64,000 bases of DNA from Candidatus Bathyarchaeota archaeon. GTDB taxonomy: Archaea; Thermoproteota; Bathyarchaeia; Bathyarchaeales; Bathycorpusculaceae. Every line of letters starts with the position of its first letter. The first letter of the stretch is position 1. Below the pieces are notes generated by a model. The model did no database searches and was not told where the DNA came from. It was given only the letters and a program-made list of their open reading frames with translations. Below are positions 60,954 to 64,000 of this stretch, one piece after another. The DNA is taken from NCBI GenBank assembly GCA_963775465.1, contig CAVZIW010000012.1:64001-128000 (forward strand), given 5' to 3'. Position numbers and translations under genes: made by a program.

Positions 60954-61019
60954 ATTGGTTCTCAATGATACGAGACCCAATTTATAGTTATAAGCTTTCA
61001 AATTTTGGAACAAGCCAGC
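60954..61019 (-). mobile_element. Second, isolated copy of the IS left end seen at 40416-40481
   Basis: 58/66 nt identical by manual alignment; same orientation. Confidence 0.7.
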
Positions 61020-61064
61020 ACGGCAAATACGACAAAGGGTTTGAGGCCAAAACAACTTTGAAAC

Positions 61065-61367
61065 CTAAATCGTTACGCTTGACTTTACCAACGCCTCGAG
61101 TTTAGGGTTGCTAACGCTCGTGTAAATGATTTTTCTATTATCGAAAGCGATTTTTCCAGAAGCCTCCAAGTAGTTTAGTATGCGTTTGAAGGTTTGGTAC
61201 TGCATTTTTCTGGGCAAACTATTCCAGAGCTCAGTTCGAGTTGGATATTCATCACCATGGGAGATTGCTTTTTCAACCATCAAGATTGCACCAAGTTTTG
61301 GTCCATGAAGAACCTCAGTTCTCACAGTCACGAGAAATTCCCTTCTGGCTTGCGATCTTAGAGTCAC
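61065..61367 (-). CDS. Small winged-helix-like conserved archaeal protein
   Basis: LH.P.L..ILMVE..I.....YP...ELW.SLP.KM.YQTF..IL.YLE.SGKI. Confidence 0.65.
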   Translation of the reverse strand: MTLRSQARREFLVTVRTEVLHGPKLGAILMVEKAISHGDEYPTRTELWNSLPRKMQYQTFKRILNYLEASGKIAFDNRKIIYTSVSNPKLEALVKSSVTI

Positions 61368-61545
61368 TTGCTCAAAATATCATACAAACTTACAAAATAA
61401 TATATGCTATTAGGAAGCAAAGCAACTGCGACAAAAGATCTTAAACATTCAGCGATTCTTTAGGTCATTATAGCATATACGTTTACAAATGAGAGGGCCA
61501 AAAATCAGCCCGGCAAGAAAAGAAATTATGAAGACAAACTCAAAA

Positions 61546-62523
61546 TTAGTATTTCCGCTTAAGATAAGCAACCAAACCCAAAGTGACTATTAGAAATGAC
61601 ACGGCAATCGGGAGCAGGATTATAGTTGGCGGAAACTCTGGAATCGTAGGTGTTGGGTTCTGGATAGAGGATGGCACTGTCGTCGAGAAAGTGCTTGGAG
61701 TTGGTGTTGGAGTAAACATTGACTGAACGTTTGAACTGACATAAAGTGTATGCAAGACATCTGCAACTTCATTTACAGCGAGGTTAAGGGATTGTCCAGC
61801 TCTAACCCAATAAGCAGAATTAGGATTAGAAGTATCATAATTATTATCCATCCAAAAGCAAGTGTAGATTCCACCGTCATCAAAGGTCGTGTCATAAGCA
61901 AGGTTTTTCGCCGCATCATAAGCAGAAACTGTCGACAATAATCCATCAAATTGCAAGTAGGAATTGTAGGTATCAGAATAAGCATTTGTTCGGGTCCCAA
62001 CATAGCTTTCATAATTTGAATGGTTGTTGCCTGTTTCCGCACCCCAATCAGTACTTGCACCCATTACATGAGCAAAAACAGCCATGTCTGCGATATAATG
62101 GCTCATTATTCCCGCATTAATTGCAGCGCCTGAAAAATTTCCAACGTTTAGGCGACTCAAGGCATTTTGGTATTCCTCCGCGGCTCTGACGGCAGCGGCA
62201 TCATCTTGAAGAACGCCAGTGGACCTAAAGTAAATGTGGTGTTTTGTTGTATCACCTATATGACCTGGAATTGAAGCATTATTGTTATCTGGAAGCTCTG
62301 TTCCATAAAGGTACTTTGCCAAATTGTCGACTAAATACTGCTTTTCGGTTGCAGGCAACCAATCCAAAGCATGCTGAGCTATCCAATCATGCGTTGAATA
62401 AACAGGGTGCGCGGGGTCATTCGAGTAGCCACCATTACTCCAAGCATCCGCCGCCTCAAAGCAAGAAGTAACCATGCTGGTGATTGCGAAGAGGACAAAT
62501 AGAAATAGAAGGAATTTTTTCAT
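61546..62523 (-). CDS. Secreted zinc-dependent phospholipase C / P1-nuclease fold protein with PEF-CTERM-like anchor
   Basis: Signal peptide then mature W-S-N, THDWIA, PD, HH, HYIAD....H, H..YE; PT linker, IPEF, TM, KRKY. Confidence 0.82.
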   Translation of the reverse strand: MKKFLLFLFVLFAITSMVTSCFEAADAWSNGGYSNDPAHPVYSTHDWIAQHALDWLPATEKQYLVDNLAKYLYGTELPDNNNASIPGHIGDTTKHHIYFRSTGVLQDDAAAVRAAEEYQNALSRLNVGNFSGAAINAGIMSHYIADMAVFAHVMGASTDWGAETGNNHSNYESYVGTRTNAYSDTYNSYLQFDGLLSTVSAYDAAKNLAYDTTFDDGGIYTCFWMDNNYDTSNPNSAYWVRAGQSLNLAVNEVADVLHTLYVSSNVQSMFTPTPTPSTFSTTVPSSIQNPTPTIPEFPPTIILLPIAVSFLIVTLGLVAYLKRKY

Positions 62524-62988
62524 ACTCGAATTTTCTCATTCAGGTAAATGCATATTTGTGATATTTGATTTTTTCCATAACTGAATCTTGATAAGAAAAA
62601 ACAGCCTAAAACTGATTGTAAATTAATAACTCCTTATCGTTAGAGCGTGCGCGAAAACCTTTCTTTCTAAGACTGCCAATGCTGTAAATTAAAAAACAAA
62701 AATGAAACACTCAAAGGAGATCCTTTGTGGAAATAGAAACCAGATGAACAGGTCCTTTGCTTTGATGGACTAACAGCACATTTGCTCATATACCGCGAGC
62801 AGACAAATATTCACAACTTGATGATATGTAAACAGGTGATTCGAATGGAGCTAATGGATAGAATAACGATTAACACCTTCTGAAGACCCCATAACACGAT
62901 AGGCATACAAACTTTTAAAGTACAAACAAGTCTCCAACTACTTTTTGATGCTTCATGGAGCCTTCTTGAAATCAGACCCGTCGCCAAG

Positions 62989-63059
62989 CCAATCGTAAAT
63001 CAGTCCACAACGCCATCCATCAACCGCTAAAGAAATTATAGCATCTACTTTTGTGAGGG
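62989..63059 (+). repeat. Degenerate copy of the 3' end and downstream flank of the wHTH-PLD gene (51545-51621)
   Basis: CCAATCGTAAA.TCAGTCCACA.C.CCATCCATCAAC.GCTAAAGAA.TT.TA.C.TCTACTTTT...TGAGGG is shared. Confidence 0.75.
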
Positions 63060-63651
63060 TTCGAGGTCCTCCTGGCGCTATTTTGTTGAGTACTGAATCA
63101 CCCGAAGATTTCAAGCTTCGACTAACCTTTCTAACAGAAAAACTGAAAAAAACCAACCGAGCTCTAAAAAAACCATGAAACGTCCTTTGACCGCTTTTAG
63201 TTGTATCGACACACTCACAAAATAATTTTAATAGAAATCACCATATTTTCTTGATGAACCATGTGTAATCTTCCAAAAATCCAAACCCGGCACCCAAAAA
63301 AAAACCAACAAAAATCCAACGTTTCCTGGCACGCCTGCATATAGTCCTTCCACGAAGTAGCGACACAGAGAAAGCCAATTCAATATTTTATTTAATATGT
63401 TTTTGTTTTCGTAGCATTAGTTCAGACCAATAAGCTCTTCTTTTCTCATGAATATAAAAAAAGAAAGATAGCTACTTAGAAACATGCGAGAGACGATATC
63501 ACTTCACCTAAGAGTAACCTGCCCAAGGTTTTTCCATTTGAAATAATTTTAGGTTGCGATGAATTAGAATTTAGGTTGTTTAGACAATATACTGGTTTTC
63601 GATATTCGACCCTTAATCAACTATTCTATTATTTAAAACTTCCAAAATTCG

Positions 63652-64000
63652 TTAGATCGATGTTTCGTTTGATTCCTTGACGGCTAATAAGAGAATCACG
63701 CAGCCTCCGATTGTAGTTACACCAAGTGCAAATCCTACTTGTCCATATACTCCTGACGAGAGGGCAAGCAAAACGCCGCCAATTAGTGGCGCCAACACTT
63801 TTCCAATGTTATTAAAGAAGCTGTTTAATGAGAATACTGTGGCACGGTACTTTGGCAATTGTTGCAAAACTAGAACTGCAAAAGCTGGGGCTGCCATAGC
63901 TGCGAACCAGACGTGCATCATATCAAATGTGAAGGACAGCCAAAAGTTTGGTATGTAGAAGAAGGTTGCAGTGAATATGGCTGCAAGAAGTGTCGTAATC
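63652..64000 (-). CDS. MFS transporter, 3' part; runs off the window end
   Basis: Q.P.YRATV.SL.......G..L.P..GG.LL; hydrophobic helices. Confidence 0.75.
   Translation of the reverse strand, partial: ITTLLAAIFTATFFYIPNFWLSFTFDMMHVWFAAMAAPAFAVLVLQQLPKYRATVFSLNSFFNNIGKVLAPLIGGVLLALSSGVYGQVGFALGVTTIGGCVILLLAVKESNETSI

Noticed and set aside
40416-61019. Intact composite transposon bounded by the two IS ends
   Set aside because: Both are the same (left) end in direct orientation, there is no functional transposase, and no target-site duplication was identified
1-64000. CRISPR array, cas genes or rRNA
   Set aside because: No regularly spaced repeat-spacer units, cas-like ORFs or rRNA-like sequence were seen by eye

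Overview
Archaeal chromosomal window. TFE next to a TIGR00295 HD protein and DUF2110, an intronless archaeal tRNA-Val, an archaeal signal peptidase, XPB-Bax1 and many C-terminally anchored surface proteins point by inference to a Bathyarchaeia-like TACK archaeon. The first ~31 kb is mostly housekeeping, stress and metabolic genes: a PQQ-type propeller, a divergent eL22-like protein, a B12 radical SAM enzyme, an HgcC-like AbrB gene plus arsM, an Lpd-like flavoprotein, CooC, an ABC transporter, DnaJ, Ino1, GcvH plus a CoADR/Nox-like enzyme, ferritin, MFS transporters and a GT39. From ~31.5 kb on the region is hypervariable. It holds two toxin-antitoxin pairs with palindromic operators, a PAS kinase, a CBS-HPF ribosome-hibernation factor and IS remnants. 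An AT-rich defence island follows, with a decayed type-3 BREX (brxA, brxF, truncated brxC), a stand-alone NurA-HerA pair, a ~830-aa STAND-like ATPase ending in a PLD-like nuclease domain, and a wHTH-PLD nuclease in front of XPB-Bax1. This co-oriented nuclease/ATPase run (44.9-54.6 kb) is the best candidate for an undescribed system. Three short segments recur in the same order and orientation at 61-63 kb. Many single-base frameshifts, several in homopolymers, suggest long-read assembly errors, so 'pseudogene' calls are provisional. All family assignments come from motif recognition by eye; no database searches were run.
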